Notes under the pieces: generated by a model | What the model was told of the DNA's origin: nothing | What the model saw: only the letters and a program-made list of their open reading frames with translations | The model's database searches: none | NCBI GenBank assembly: GCA_017508875.1 | Contig: JAFWQX010000084.1 | Span: 2,506 to 66,505, forward strand | DNA from: Clostridia bacterium | GTDB taxonomy: Bacteria > Bacillota > Clostridia > UBA1212 > UBA1255 | Reading direction: 5' to 3' | Length of the DNA: 64,000 nucleotides | Part shown: positions 20,230-31,095 of the stretch, one piece after another | Layout: each line of letters starts with the position of its first letter | Position numbering within the stretch: the stretch's first letter is position 1 | Program-made: the position numbers and the translations under genes

Positions 20230-20991
20230 ATGGGACGCGGAAACGAGATCATATTAATCGACGATGACGATCAGACGTTTAACGTTATTTCGGGTTCTGA
20301 CTGTCTGAAACGGTTCGCGGTAAGGCGCATACAGTCAGGATCGTCTTTGGATGAGTTTAACAATGCTCTCGGAAAAAACGCGGAAGTTATTGACGGGGCA
20401 GGAGCTGTTATTATTGAGCTGGATTTCGGAGGCGGCTTTGACGGTATTGACCTGTTAAAAACGCTAAGCGAACGGTTCGCTGGTATTCCGGTCATTGTCC
20501 TTACGGGCAGGAAAGATCCTGCGGACGCGGCGATCGCGTTAGAGCTCGGGGCGTTCGACTATGTAAGAAAACCTTTTGACGAAAGAGAGCTTTGCGCACG
20601 AATAAAAAAAGCGATCAGGTATAATTCAAGAGCAGGAGCGCCAGCTCCGACAGGTACGTACCGCACAGGCTGTTACGAAGTGAATGCCGGCACGCTCACG
20701 GTAAACAAAAGCAGTTATGCTGTAACGAATCGAGGTGTTCTTTATGCGCTGCCGCCCAAAGAAATCGAACTGCTGTTCTTTCTCGCATCCTGGACCGGCG
20801 TTACTTTTTCAAGAAAGGAACTGCTTGAAAAGGTCTGGGGGTTCGATTACTTCGGGGCAACGAGGACTGTTGACGTACACGTGAGGCGGATTCGTGAAAA
20901 ACTGTATGCTCCGGGCAATGACTGGTCGATCGATACGGTCTGGGGCGCAGGTTACCGCTTTACGTTAATTAGTAATGATGGGGAGAATTAG
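20230..20991 (+). CDS. OmpR-family response regulator (receiver plus winged helix) with no adjacent histidine kinase
   Basis: Receiver acidic pocket DDDD, phospho-acceptor context IELDFGG, conserved T (VLTGR) and K (RKPF). The C-terminus VHVRRIREKL...GYRF is an OmpR-type wHTH. Confidence 0.75.
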   Translation: MGRGNEIILIDDDDQTFNVISGSDCLKRFAVRRIQSGSSLDEFNNALGKNAEVIDGAGAVIIELDFGGGFDGIDLLKTLSERFAGIPVIVLTGRKDPADAAIALELGAFDYVRKPFDERELCARIKKAIRYNSRAGAPAPTGTYRTGCYEVNAGTLTVNKSSYAVTNRGVLYALPPKEIELLFFLASWTGVTFSRKELLEKVWGFDYFGATRTVDVHVRRIREKLYAPGNDWSIDTVWGAGYRFTLISNDGEN

Positions 20992-21015
20992 TAAAGATAC
21001 ACAGAGGTGTTAATT

Positions 21016-22698
21016 ATGAGTGACGAAATCAATATTGAAAAGAACAATTTATCAGATCTTGAAAATGTAGCTGAATCTGCTGCTGAAAATGCAGCTGAAA
21101 CTGTAGCCGAAACTGTAGCCGGAACTTCAGCTGAAACTGCCGCCGAAACTGCCGCTGAAACCGCTGCGGAAACTGCCGCTGAAGCTTCCGCCGAAACAGG
21201 CGTGGAAACCGCTGCGGATATTCAGGCGGAAGAAAATGCTTCCGCTTCGGAAGAGCAGTCCTTTCATCATTTCAAAGATTTTTTAAACAGTTTGTCTGAG
21301 GCAGCCCCGGACGATACATTACGTCAGGCTGATGACGCAGACGCCGTAAATGCGTCTGAGACCGATGAAGAACCTACACCTGAGGCAATAAAAGCATCTC
21401 TCAAAAAAGTTAAAGCTGAATACAAATCGTTAAAAGCAGCGCAGAGGGAGGCAAAAGAACGCGAAAGAGAACGCACCGGCAGAAGCGGCAGAAGAGTTTT
21501 GTTAACAGTCATTATCTCATTGCTGTCGTCAGTTATATGCTGTATGCTCCTGTTTGTTTTTATGTTTCTGTTCCCTTCAAGAGATACGAGCCTTTTCGCT
21601 ACGCTTGCAAAAAAATACGCCGGAACGAGGACCGTTTATACTAACGATACTTCTTCTCCCTCGAAGGTCGGTGATACTGAGATCGCCCCCGGATCAGAAG
21701 TAACGATAAACGTCGAAGGCGAGTTCTCCGCCGCCGCCGCATACGCGAAAGCCTCGGAATCGGTAGTTTCGATCGTAACCGTAAGAACCGGTACCGGCAC
21801 GGACGGAAAGCCTACCGAAACACCGATCGCCGAAGGAGCTGGAGTAGTAGTATCTGAGAACGGGGAGATATTGACGAACCACCACGTGATCAGCTCGGTA
21901 ATTGACACCAAAACAGGCGGGATCGCGGCCGGAACCAAAATTTACATTTATTTTGACAGCCCCATCAGCCGCCCGTATCAGGCAGTATCGATCGTAGGAT
22001 ATGATCAGGAATTTGACCTCGCCGTAGTGAAGATAGAACGCACCGGACTTAAACCGATCGAATTTTTCGATTCTGACAAACTTACCGTTGGTGAGTCTGT
22101 TATCGCGATCGGAAGCCCGGGAGGTCTCGAATTTATGGGTTCCGTATGCGACGGAATAATAAGCGGACTGAAGCGCACGGTAGTTTCGTCTGATTCCGGG
22201 GCAACGCTTTATGATATGATCCAGATGACCGCTCCGATAAATCCCGGAAACAGCGGAGGCGCCGTCGTGAACAGCAAAGGACAGCTCGTTGGCATAAGCG
22301 TCATCAAGATCGTTGCCGATAATTACGAGAGCATGGCTTTCGCAATATCTTCAAATACCGCCGCGCGCATAATCAAATCGTTCAGACAGTACGGAAGATA
22401 CGTAAAACCGCTTCTCGGCGTCACGATCAACACCCTTTACGGCTGGCGCGATGCGGATGAAAACGGCTGGCCTCTTGGCAGCCTCGTAGTTGAAGTGTCA
22501 GAGCAGAGCGGCGCTTTTAAGGCCGGGATACTGCCTGAAGATATCATCGTTGAGATCGGCGGCAGCGCGACTCCGGATTACACGAGTCTGAGAACCAATC
22601 TGCTCAAATACGCGCCCGATGACGAGGTAGTCTTTAAAGTATACCGCCCCTCGGAAGATAAATATTACGAATTTACGGTAAAACTTACCGCCGCCTGA
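21016..22698 (+). CDS. HtrA/DegP-family trypsin-like serine protease with a PDZ domain, a TM segment and N-terminal acidic AETA repeats
   Basis: Catalytic Ser motif NPGNSGGAVVN and His motif TNHHV, with a C-terminal PDZ. The start is at the ATG 21016, 8 nt after RBS acagagg. Confidence 0.8.
   Translation: MSDEINIEKNNLSDLENVAESAAENAAETVAETVAGTSAETAAETAAETAAETAAEASAETGVETAADIQAEENASASEEQSFHHFKDFLNSLSEAAPDDTLRQADDADAVNASETDEEPTPEAIKASLKKVKAEYKSLKAAQREAKERERERTGRSGRRVLLTVIISLLSSVICCMLLFVFMFLFPSRDTSLFATLAKKYAGTRTVYTNDTSSPSKVGDTEIAPGSEVTINVEGEFSAAAAYAKASESVVSIVTVRTGTGTDGKPTETPIAEGAGVVVSENGEILTNHHVISSVIDTKTGGIAAGTKIYIYFDSPISRPYQAVSIVGYDQEFDLAVVKIERTGLKPIEFFDSDKLTVGESVIAIGSPGGLEFMGSVCDGIISGLKRTVVSSDSGATLYDMIQMTAPINPGNSGGAVVNSKGQLVGISVIKIVADNYESMAFAISSNTAARIIKSFRQYGRYVKPLLGVTINTLYGWRDADENGWPLGSLVVEVSEQSGAFKAGILPEDIIVEIGGSATPDYTSLRTNLLKYAPDDEVVFKVYRPSEDKYYEFTVKLTAA
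21060..21200 (+). repeat. in-frame 12-nt tandem repeats (gct gaa act gcc and variants) encoding (AETA)n
   Basis: At least 8 consecutive copies read directly in the sequence. They are coding low-complexity repeats, not CRISPR. Confidence 0.8.
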
Positions 22699-22715
22699 AG
22701 CGCGTAACTGATAAC

Positions 22716-23369
22716 ATGGAACGAACCGAACTCAATGAAATCATAGCTCTGTTAAGAGCGCGCTATCCGGACGGGGACAAATGCAGCCTCGGATTTAACT
22801 CCGCATTCCAGCTTCTGGTAAGTACGATATTGTCCGCTCAATGCACCGACGTCAGGGTCAATAAAGTAACTCCCGCTTTGTTCGCACGCTTTCCGGACGC
22901 GGCAAGTATGGCCGCTTCTGATATTGACGAACTCGAATCGCTTATCAAATCGTGCGGCCTTTATCATTCGAAAGCGGTCAATATCAGGAATTGTGCCAGG
23001 ATGATCGTCGATGATTTCGGCGGAGAAGTACCTGATAACCTTGACGACCTCGTGAAACTTCCCGGGACAGGCAGAAAGACCGCGAACCTTGTGATGGGGG
23101 AATGGTATAAAGAACCGGCCTATGTAATTGACACTCACGTAAAACGCATCTGGCATCTTCTCGGGATCTCTGACAGCACTTCTCCGGAGTCGATCGAGCG
23201 GGATCTCAGGGCACTTATTCCGCCGGACGATCCTTCAGCCGCAGATGCGCTCGCGCTCTCACATCTGCTGATTACTCACGGGCGAAGCACGTGCGTGGCA
23301 GGGAGACCTGAATGCGGCAATTGCTGTTTAAAAGAGCACTGCGCCTTCACTCGTCATATTGCCCTTTGA
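22716..23369 (+). CDS. nth: endonuclease III (DNA glycosylase/AP lyase)
   Basis: HhH-GPD motif LPGTGRKTANLV and a C-terminal 4Fe-4S C-x6-C-x2-C-x5-C cluster. Confidence 0.9.
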   Translation: MERTELNEIIALLRARYPDGDKCSLGFNSAFQLLVSTILSAQCTDVRVNKVTPALFARFPDAASMAASDIDELESLIKSCGLYHSKAVNIRNCARMIVDDFGGEVPDNLDDLVKLPGTGRKTANLVMGEWYKEPAYVIDTHVKRIWHLLGISDSTSPESIERDLRALIPPDDPSAADALALSHLLITHGRSTCVAGRPECGNCCLKEHCAFTRHIAL

Positions 23370-23480
23370 ACGCGATTATGGTAAAATTAAATATAAAGCA
23401 CGGCGCATAAAAAACGTACGCCTTGCCGCTTTGGCCAAATAAACAACTACTTACCGCGATAGGCAGGCTGAAACTCTAAA

Positions 23481-25334
23481 ATGAAAAACCACAGCAAAAT
23501 AATGATATGCTCGTCAGTAATAATAGTAAGCATCCTTGCGCTCTCCATATTCTGGTTTACGCAGCTGGTGCTCACGTCTGCCAATAACACGGTCACCGAT
23601 CCGGAAAACACTCCTGATTATCAGGATAGTCAGAACGGCCCGGATCTTTCACAAATCTACGTATCCCATTCATCAGGCTATTATGAGACCGCCATTAAAC
23701 TCGAAATGTATCCGCCGGAAGGTTACGACATTTACTATACCGTAACTATGTCTGCGGCGCGAAGTCTTACTGACGGAAGATATGCCCCCACAGGCGAACC
23801 TTATTTCTTTATCGGGGGTAAGGATCCGGATCCTTCAAAACTTGATACCGAAGAACGTGAAGCGTACGATAATTCACTGTTTAATTCTACGGAAGGCCGG
23901 ATGCGGACGTACAAATATACCAAGCCTCTCGATTTTGTAAATATGAGTACTTTCGCTTCGCAGGTGATCACCGTAAAGGCCGCGCTGTTCAAGGATAACG
24001 TCCAGCAGTGCCCGGTCAGGTATTTTACGTACATTCTGGGAAGTATCAAGGGCGATAAATCGTTCGAAGATATATACGGCTCGATGCTGATCTCTATCAC
24101 GATCGACGATGAACTCCTTTACGATTACGAGCGCGGCATATTTATCAGCGGTAAGAAATACGACGAAGCTATGGAAAACGGTATCGCGATCGACCCGTGG
24201 ACGCCGAGAAATTACAACCAGCGAGGCGCCGAATGGGAGAGGCTCGCACACGTCGATTTCTTTGAAGAAGACGGGACGCTCGTGCTTTCTCAGATATGCG
24301 GAGTCAGGGTCGCGGGCGGGACGAGCCGAGGGGCACAATACAAATCACTGAAACTTGTCGCAGGCCCTCAATACGACGGAAACGAAAGATTCAACTATCA
24401 GTTTTTTGAGGGTGCGAAAGACGTTAACGGCGAAAGCATCACTTCTTTCAAAAAGCTCGTTCTGAGAAATCCGCGAAACGACATAGGCGGGACAATGATC
24501 CGCGACCAGCTGCTTCATAAGCTCGGCGGCGACGTAGGCGTTGATTATCAGGAAGGCCGTAATGCAGTGGTTTACCTCAACGGCAAATACTATTCGATCA
24601 TGTGCCTTCACGAATCTCTTGACGCCGACTTTATGGAAGACCACTACTTCGTGAATAAGAATAACGTCGCGTCCTTCCTCATCAGATCCGATCAGTACCT
24701 GTTCAGATACAAACAGGAGAGCGGAACCGAAGAGCAGTTCAAGTGCTTCCTGTCGGATATGAATTATCTTATCCATAATGATTTTTCCGGGAGTGACGGA
24801 CTTCAGAAGATCAGAGAAGTTATTGACGTCGAAAATTTCTGCAGATATATGGCTTATCAGTTGTTTATCGTAAATCTTGACTGGCCCCATAATAACGTCC
24901 TCGTATGGAGATATTACGGGCCTGAGAACTCATCGGTAACAGCTATGGACGGAAGATGGAGATTTGTGCTCAAGGATCTAGACTTCGGTCTGAATGATCC
25001 GGATACAGACACGTTCTCGCGTACGCTGAACGACGGACTTTACGGAAACGAGCCGTGCCTCGGACCCGTGCTTAAGAATTTGCTGAAGAACCGCGCATTT
25101 ACGCTTATTTTCCGTCAATGCTGTTATCAGGTGACCGAAGTTCTTAATGAAGATTATCTGATCGAGAGGATTGACCGGGAGGTCGATGAACTCAGCCTCG
25201 ATATGGAAATATTTTCTCTTTATAACGGCGTCGGGATCGATGGCTGGAAAGCGTATTTTGAACAGTGGCGTGATTTTGCAAGACGAAGGAAGGATTACTT
25301 CCTTAATTACCTCGAACATTATGCGCCGGTTTGA
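23481..25334 (+). CDS. CotH kinase-family protein with an N-terminal TM/signal segment
   Basis: RNAVVYLNGKYYSIMCLHESLDADFMEDHY matches the CotH core (yiNGeywGlY..E.id..f) pattern. The length is 617 aa. Confidence 0.55.
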   Translation: MKNHSKIMICSSVIIVSILALSIFWFTQLVLTSANNTVTDPENTPDYQDSQNGPDLSQIYVSHSSGYYETAIKLEMYPPEGYDIYYTVTMSAARSLTDGRYAPTGEPYFFIGGKDPDPSKLDTEEREAYDNSLFNSTEGRMRTYKYTKPLDFVNMSTFASQVITVKAALFKDNVQQCPVRYFTYILGSIKGDKSFEDIYGSMLISITIDDELLYDYERGIFISGKKYDEAMENGIAIDPWTPRNYNQRGAEWERLAHVDFFEEDGTLVLSQICGVRVAGGTSRGAQYKSLKLVAGPQYDGNERFNYQFFEGAKDVNGESITSFKKLVLRNPRNDIGGTMIRDQLLHKLGGDVGVDYQEGRNAVVYLNGKYYSIMCLHESLDADFMEDHYFVNKNNVASFLIRSDQYLFRYKQESGTEEQFKCFLSDMNYLIHNDFSGSDGLQKIREVIDVENFCRYMAYQLFIVNLDWPHNNVLVWRYYGPENSSVTAMDGRWRFVLKDLDFGLNDPDTDTFSRTLNDGLYGNEPCLGPVLKNLLKNRAFTLIFRQCCYQVTEVLNEDYLIERIDREVDELSLDMEIFSLYNGVGIDGWKAYFEQWRDFARRRKDYFLNYLEHYAPV

Positions 25335-25337
25335 TGT

Positions 25338-26138
25338 TTGATGAATAGATATATTGATACTCACGCGCACTACGCGGACGAAGCATTTGATACGGATAGG
25401 GACGAACTGATAAAAAAAATGTTCGAAAGCGGAGTCGTTTGCATAATTGACCCCGCCGTAGATCTTGCGTCTTCTGTAAAAGCGCTTGGAATTGCCCGGA
25501 ATTATAATAACTATTACTGCGCGGCCGGTATACACCCGCATGAGGCCGGAGGGGCGACGGAAGAAGATTATAATAAACTCTCAGCTTTGATAAAAGACGA
25601 TCTCAAAAGCGCTGAAAGGAAGATCGTAGCCGTGGGAGAAACCGGACTTGACTACCATTACGATTTCTCGCCGAGGGATATTCAGATCGAAAACTTCCGG
25701 AAAAATATCCGTCTTGCGCTCGAACTTGGACTTCCTCTTATTGTTCACGACAGAGAGGCACATGCGGATTGTATTAAGGTCCTGCTCGAAGAGGGCGCTT
25801 TTTCCGGGAAAGTTCTGTATCATTGCTATTCCGGAAGCGCTGAATATGCGCTCGAACTGCTCAAGTACGGCTGTATGTTCTCATTCGGAGGCGCGGTGAC
25901 GTTTAAGAACGCGAAGAAATTTGACGAGATTTTGAAAGTGATCCCGCCTGAGAATATCCTGCCAGAGACCGATTCGCCTTATATGGCTCCTGTACCGCTT
26001 AGAGGCTCAAGAAACAACTCAATGAATCTGCAATATATTTACCCGCGCCTTTCGCTGCTGACAGGCCTGGACGAAGCAGATTTTGAAGCTAAGATGACAG
26101 AAAATACGAAAAGATTTTTTAACATTTCAGATATTTGA
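25338..26138 (+). CDS. TatD-family metal-dependent hydrolase (DNase)
   Basis: N-terminal DTHAHY, internal GETGLDYHY and C-terminal ETDSPYMAP motifs. Confidence 0.85.
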   Translation: MMNRYIDTHAHYADEAFDTDRDELIKKMFESGVVCIIDPAVDLASSVKALGIARNYNNYYCAAGIHPHEAGGATEEDYNKLSALIKDDLKSAERKIVAVGETGLDYHYDFSPRDIQIENFRKNIRLALELGLPLIVHDREAHADCIKVLLEEGAFSGKVLYHCYSGSAEYALELLKYGCMFSFGGAVTFKNAKKFDEILKVIPPENILPETDSPYMAPVPLRGSRNNSMNLQYIYPRLSLLTGLDEADFEAKMTENTKRFFNISDI

Positions 26139-26164
26139 AATCAATCAGAAAGGGGAGATGTATT

Positions 26165-27139
26165 TTGGCTTCAACTTACACAGTGATCGAAAATCCGTTT
26201 AAAAAGATCACACCTGAAACCAGAAACAAACTCAAAAAGTTCGTACCGCTGATCATTATTGCCGTTATTGCGATAATAGTGCTTTCATCGTGCTGGTACA
26301 CGGTAAAAGAAACAGAAAGCGCCGTAGTAGTTACGTTCGGAAAAGTCACGTCTGTCGTTGACGAGGCCGGTATACATTTTAAAGCGCCGTTCGGTATCCA
26401 GAAGGTAAACAAGCTCGAGGTCAACGTAATAAAGAAAGTTGAGATCGGCTTCAAGACGCTCGATAACGGAACCACTGTCAGCGTTGACAACGAAAGCAAG
26501 ATGATAACGGGCGATTTCAATATTGTCAACGTCGATTTCTTTGTTGAGTACAGGATCTCGAATCCCGAAAAATACCTTTACAGCAGCGTTGAACCCGAAA
26601 AGATCCTGAAGAGCCTCGTTCAGTCGCAGATAAGGACCGTCGTAGGCTCGTACGGCGTTGACGACGTGCTCACCACTCAGAAAAACGCGATCCAGGGAGA
26701 GATAAAAGATTCCATATACAATGAGCTTCAGGAGTACGACTTCGGAATAACGCTGGAGAGTGTAAAGATCCAGGATGCAGAGGCGCCTAACGCCGAAGTG
26801 TCCCAGGCGTTCAAAGCAGTCGAAACGGCAAAGCAGGGTAAAGAGACGGCTATAAACGAGGCTCAGGCATACGAGAACGCCGAAATACCGAGAGCCGAAG
26901 CTCAGGCCGATAAACTGCTTCAGGACGCGCAGTACAGGAAGCAGAACAGGATCAACGAAGCGAAAGAACGCGTGGCGATGTTCGAAGCGATGTACAGCGA
27001 ATATATCCTGAATCCGGATATTACAAAAAGACGTATGTACTACGAGATGATCGAAGATGTGCTTAAAGAGGTCAAACTTATTATTATGACCGACGACGGC
27101 AACACGCAGGCACTGCTTCCGATCGACAAACTTTCGTAA
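26165..27139 (+). CDS. hflK: SPFH/band-7 protease modulator HflK
   Basis: One N-terminal TM helix then an SPFH domain. It is paired with the downstream hflC. The start was moved to the TTG at 26165 after RBS aaaggggag. Confidence 0.75.
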   Translation: MASTYTVIENPFKKITPETRNKLKKFVPLIIIAVIAIIVLSSCWYTVKETESAVVVTFGKVTSVVDEAGIHFKAPFGIQKVNKLEVNVIKKVEIGFKTLDNGTTVSVDNESKMITGDFNIVNVDFFVEYRISNPEKYLYSSVEPEKILKSLVQSQIRTVVGSYGVDDVLTTQKNAIQGEIKDSIYNELQEYDFGITLESVKIQDAEAPNAEVSQAFKAVETAKQGKETAINEAQAYENAEIPRAEAQADKLLQDAQYRKQNRINEAKERVAMFEAMYSEYILNPDITKRRMYYEMIEDVLKEVKLIIMTDDGNTQALLPIDKLS

Positions 27140-27154
27140 AAGGGGGCGGACAAT

Positions 27155-28069
27155 ATGAAAAAAGGATTGAAAATATTTCTGATAATTGCCGGCCTGTTTC
27201 TGCTGTTCTGCCTCGCCAACGTTTTCTATACGGTGAATGAAGACGAGTATGCTCTGCTTATGCGCTTTTCGAAGGTGGAATCCGTGGTCGATAATTCAGG
27301 GCTGCATTTTAAAGTGCCGTTCATTGACAGTGTAAAGAAGCTCAAGAACAACGTGCAGCTTTACGACCTGCCCGAATCTGACGTATTGACGTCCGACTCG
27401 AAAGCGATGAGCGTTGACAGCTACGTACTGTGGAAAATAAGCGATCCTCTGCTGTTTTACAGAACGCTCGGTACAAATTCTGAAGCCAAAAGCCGCCTCG
27501 ATGCGTCAACGTACAACGCACTTAAAACCATCATCGGTACGATGCCGCAGGAGTCGATCATACAGCTCTCGGAGAGCGAGGGCAAGAACGATCTTAATAA
27601 CCGCGTTTTCGATCAGGTAAAGGCACTTACCACGCCTTACGGGATAGAAGTTACGGACGTTAAGATCAAGCGCTTTGATCTGCCCGGTGAGAATGAATCC
27701 GCTGTGTTCGAACGCATGATCGCCGAGAGAAACAAGATAAAGCAGACTTATATAGCCGAAGGTGAAGCGGAAGCTCAGAAAAAGCGCAACGACGTAGACA
27801 AGAACGTAAATATCATTATTTCGGACGCTCAGGCGCAGGCGGAGGCGATCGTTGCCGAAGGCGAACAGGAATACATGAAAATGCTTGCCGAGGCGTACGA
27901 TACTCAGGAAAAGCAGGATTTCTACGCGTTTATAAAATCGCTCGATGCGCTTAAGGCCTCGCTGATCGCGCAGGGCGAAGGAACTCCGGCAGGGGAAAAG
28001 ATCGTGGTGCTTGGGCCGGATTCGGAACTTGCTAAAATCTTAAAAGGCGACAGCATATCCGGACAATAA
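27155..28069 (+). CDS. hflC: SPFH/band-7 protease modulator HflC
   Basis: A TM helix plus an SPFH domain, immediately downstream of hflK, with a good RBS. Confidence 0.8.
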   Translation: MKKGLKIFLIIAGLFLLFCLANVFYTVNEDEYALLMRFSKVESVVDNSGLHFKVPFIDSVKKLKNNVQLYDLPESDVLTSDSKAMSVDSYVLWKISDPLLFYRTLGTNSEAKSRLDASTYNALKTIIGTMPQESIIQLSESEGKNDLNNRVFDQVKALTTPYGIEVTDVKIKRFDLPGENESAVFERMIAERNKIKQTYIAEGEAEAQKKRNDVDKNVNIIISDAQAQAEAIVAEGEQEYMKMLAEAYDTQEKQDFYAFIKSLDALKASLIAQGEGTPAGEKIVVLGPDSELAKILKGDSISGQ

Positions 28070-28082
28070 GGAGGATTATTTT

Positions 28083-29468
28083 ATGAGAAGAATTTTGACT
28101 GTTTTACTGGCATTAGTTCTTACGTTTGCACTCATTCCTGCAATTTCTGCCGAAGAATCACAGGAAACGGAAAACCTTGTTTCGAACCTTTCAGGTGATA
28201 TTTCCGGACTTGCGGTAGACGTTTCGGCATACGAAGGAAGCTCTGCGGCTATGCAGTTTGTTCTGCTTTCTCCGGCACTTAAGATAGAAGTATGCTGTCC
28301 GACCTGGAGCAGACCGGGAGGAGGATACTTCACGATGTCTCTCTTCAAATTCGACAAAGACTATTCGTCAACTGTTGCCGGAAGCCCCGTCGCATCTGTA
28401 CGCTACGATGAGTTTGACGATAACCAGTGGCTGAGCCTTGATTTTACGGCGGATAAGCCGCTGGAAGCGGGTGAATATATTGTCATCCTGGATGAACCCG
28501 AAGTCGGACAGCCTTCAGGAGTATGGCTTGATAAAGCGACTGACAAGCAGCTTTATTTCTCTGACGGGTTCTATGACGAAGCCCATTCACTCAGAAGCCG
28601 CGTAACTTTCCTCGGTAATCCGGAAAACACTTTCGGTACGCCTTTGAAACCTGCGGAGGAGGAGCACGGAACGGATACCGAACATTCCGATGAGCCCTAT
28701 ATGGATTTTACTATCTTCTTTAACGATCCGGACTGGGACTATATTCTGTCGCCTCAGATGGGTGTATCGACCGAATTTGAAGAAGACCATCTTCTGATCA
28801 CCGTAGGACCTGCTTCGGATGATCCTCAGCTCATCGTTATGCTTAACGATGTTGGAAAAGAGGAAGGCGTTTTAGTCGAGAAATATCCTGTTATGGTCAT
28901 GAAAGTCAGAAGAGTAGCAGAAACTGACCCTACCGTCGGTGAGATATTCTTTTTCACTGAAACCTCTCCGGGGGCGAAATCCGGCAATAATTTCAGATTC
29001 GATTACGAAGCGACGCTCGACTGGCAGTACGTAACGATAGATCTTTCCTCGAACAGGCGCTGCAAAGATTATTTCACCGGTATGCGCTTTGATATGTTCG
29101 ATCACGCGCCCGAAGGCGGAAACCTGGAGATCGAGTGGATAACATTCTTCGAATCTAAAGAAGCAGCTGCTAAATTCAACGGTGACTTTTCTCCGTATAT
29201 TAAAGCAACTCCGGTCCCTACGGCAAAACCCACGGAAAAGCCAGTGGATCCTACAGAAGTTCCTGCTGAGACCCAGGCTCAGCAGCCTGAAAATACCGAC
29301 GGCGGGTCTGTTTCAACCAAAGCTCCCGATAAAGACAATACGGACAATACAAACAATACGGGTAAAAAAGGCTCGCCTAACATCGGCCTTCTTATAGGCA
29401 TCTGTGCCGCTTTGATTGTCGTCATCGCAGTGATAATAGTGCTGCTTTTGAAGAATAAAAAGAAATGA
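28083..29468 (+). CDS. secreted surface protein with a signal peptide, a Pro/Thr-rich stalk and a C-terminal TM anchor
   Basis: RBS aaggagg, an N-terminal signal peptide (ALIPAISAEE), a C-terminal hydrophobic helix and a KNKKK tail. Confidence 0.6.
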   Translation: MRRILTVLLALVLTFALIPAISAEESQETENLVSNLSGDISGLAVDVSAYEGSSAAMQFVLLSPALKIEVCCPTWSRPGGGYFTMSLFKFDKDYSSTVAGSPVASVRYDEFDDNQWLSLDFTADKPLEAGEYIVILDEPEVGQPSGVWLDKATDKQLYFSDGFYDEAHSLRSRVTFLGNPENTFGTPLKPAEEEHGTDTEHSDEPYMDFTIFFNDPDWDYILSPQMGVSTEFEEDHLLITVGPASDDPQLIVMLNDVGKEEGVLVEKYPVMVMKVRRVAETDPTVGEIFFFTETSPGAKSGNNFRFDYEATLDWQYVTIDLSSNRRCKDYFTGMRFDMFDHAPEGGNLEIEWITFFESKEAAAKFNGDFSPYIKATPVPTAKPTEKPVDPTEVPAETQAQQPENTDGGSVSTKAPDKDNTDNTNNTGKKGSPNIGLLIGICAALIVVIAVIIVLLLKNKKK

Positions 29469-29489
29469 ACCGCGTCAATTAATTTGTGA

Positions 29490-30989
<1,500 letters not shown>

Positions 30990-31014
30990 GAGCGTTGACT
31001 ATGTGATAATTCAG

Positions 31015-31050
31015 AACGCCGCTCGGGACGCTCCTCAGCGGCGTTTTTTT
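31015..31050 (+). terminator. rho-independent terminator downstream of gdhA
   Basis: A 9-bp stem aacgccgct/agcggcgtt with a 13-nt loop, followed by TTTTTTT. Confidence 0.85.
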
Positions 31051-31095
31051 GAAAAAGAAAAGAGTGCGGACGCGATCTGATCCGCTAAGGACGTT

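Noticed and set aside
21060-21200. Possible CRISPR-like repeat
   Set aside because: The repeats are 12 nt, contiguous, in frame and coding ((AETA)n), with no spacers. They are not CRISPR.
24345-25541. Two minus-strand ORFs (181 and 187 aa)
   Set aside because: They are antisense to the cotH and tatD CDSs and are shadow ORFs.
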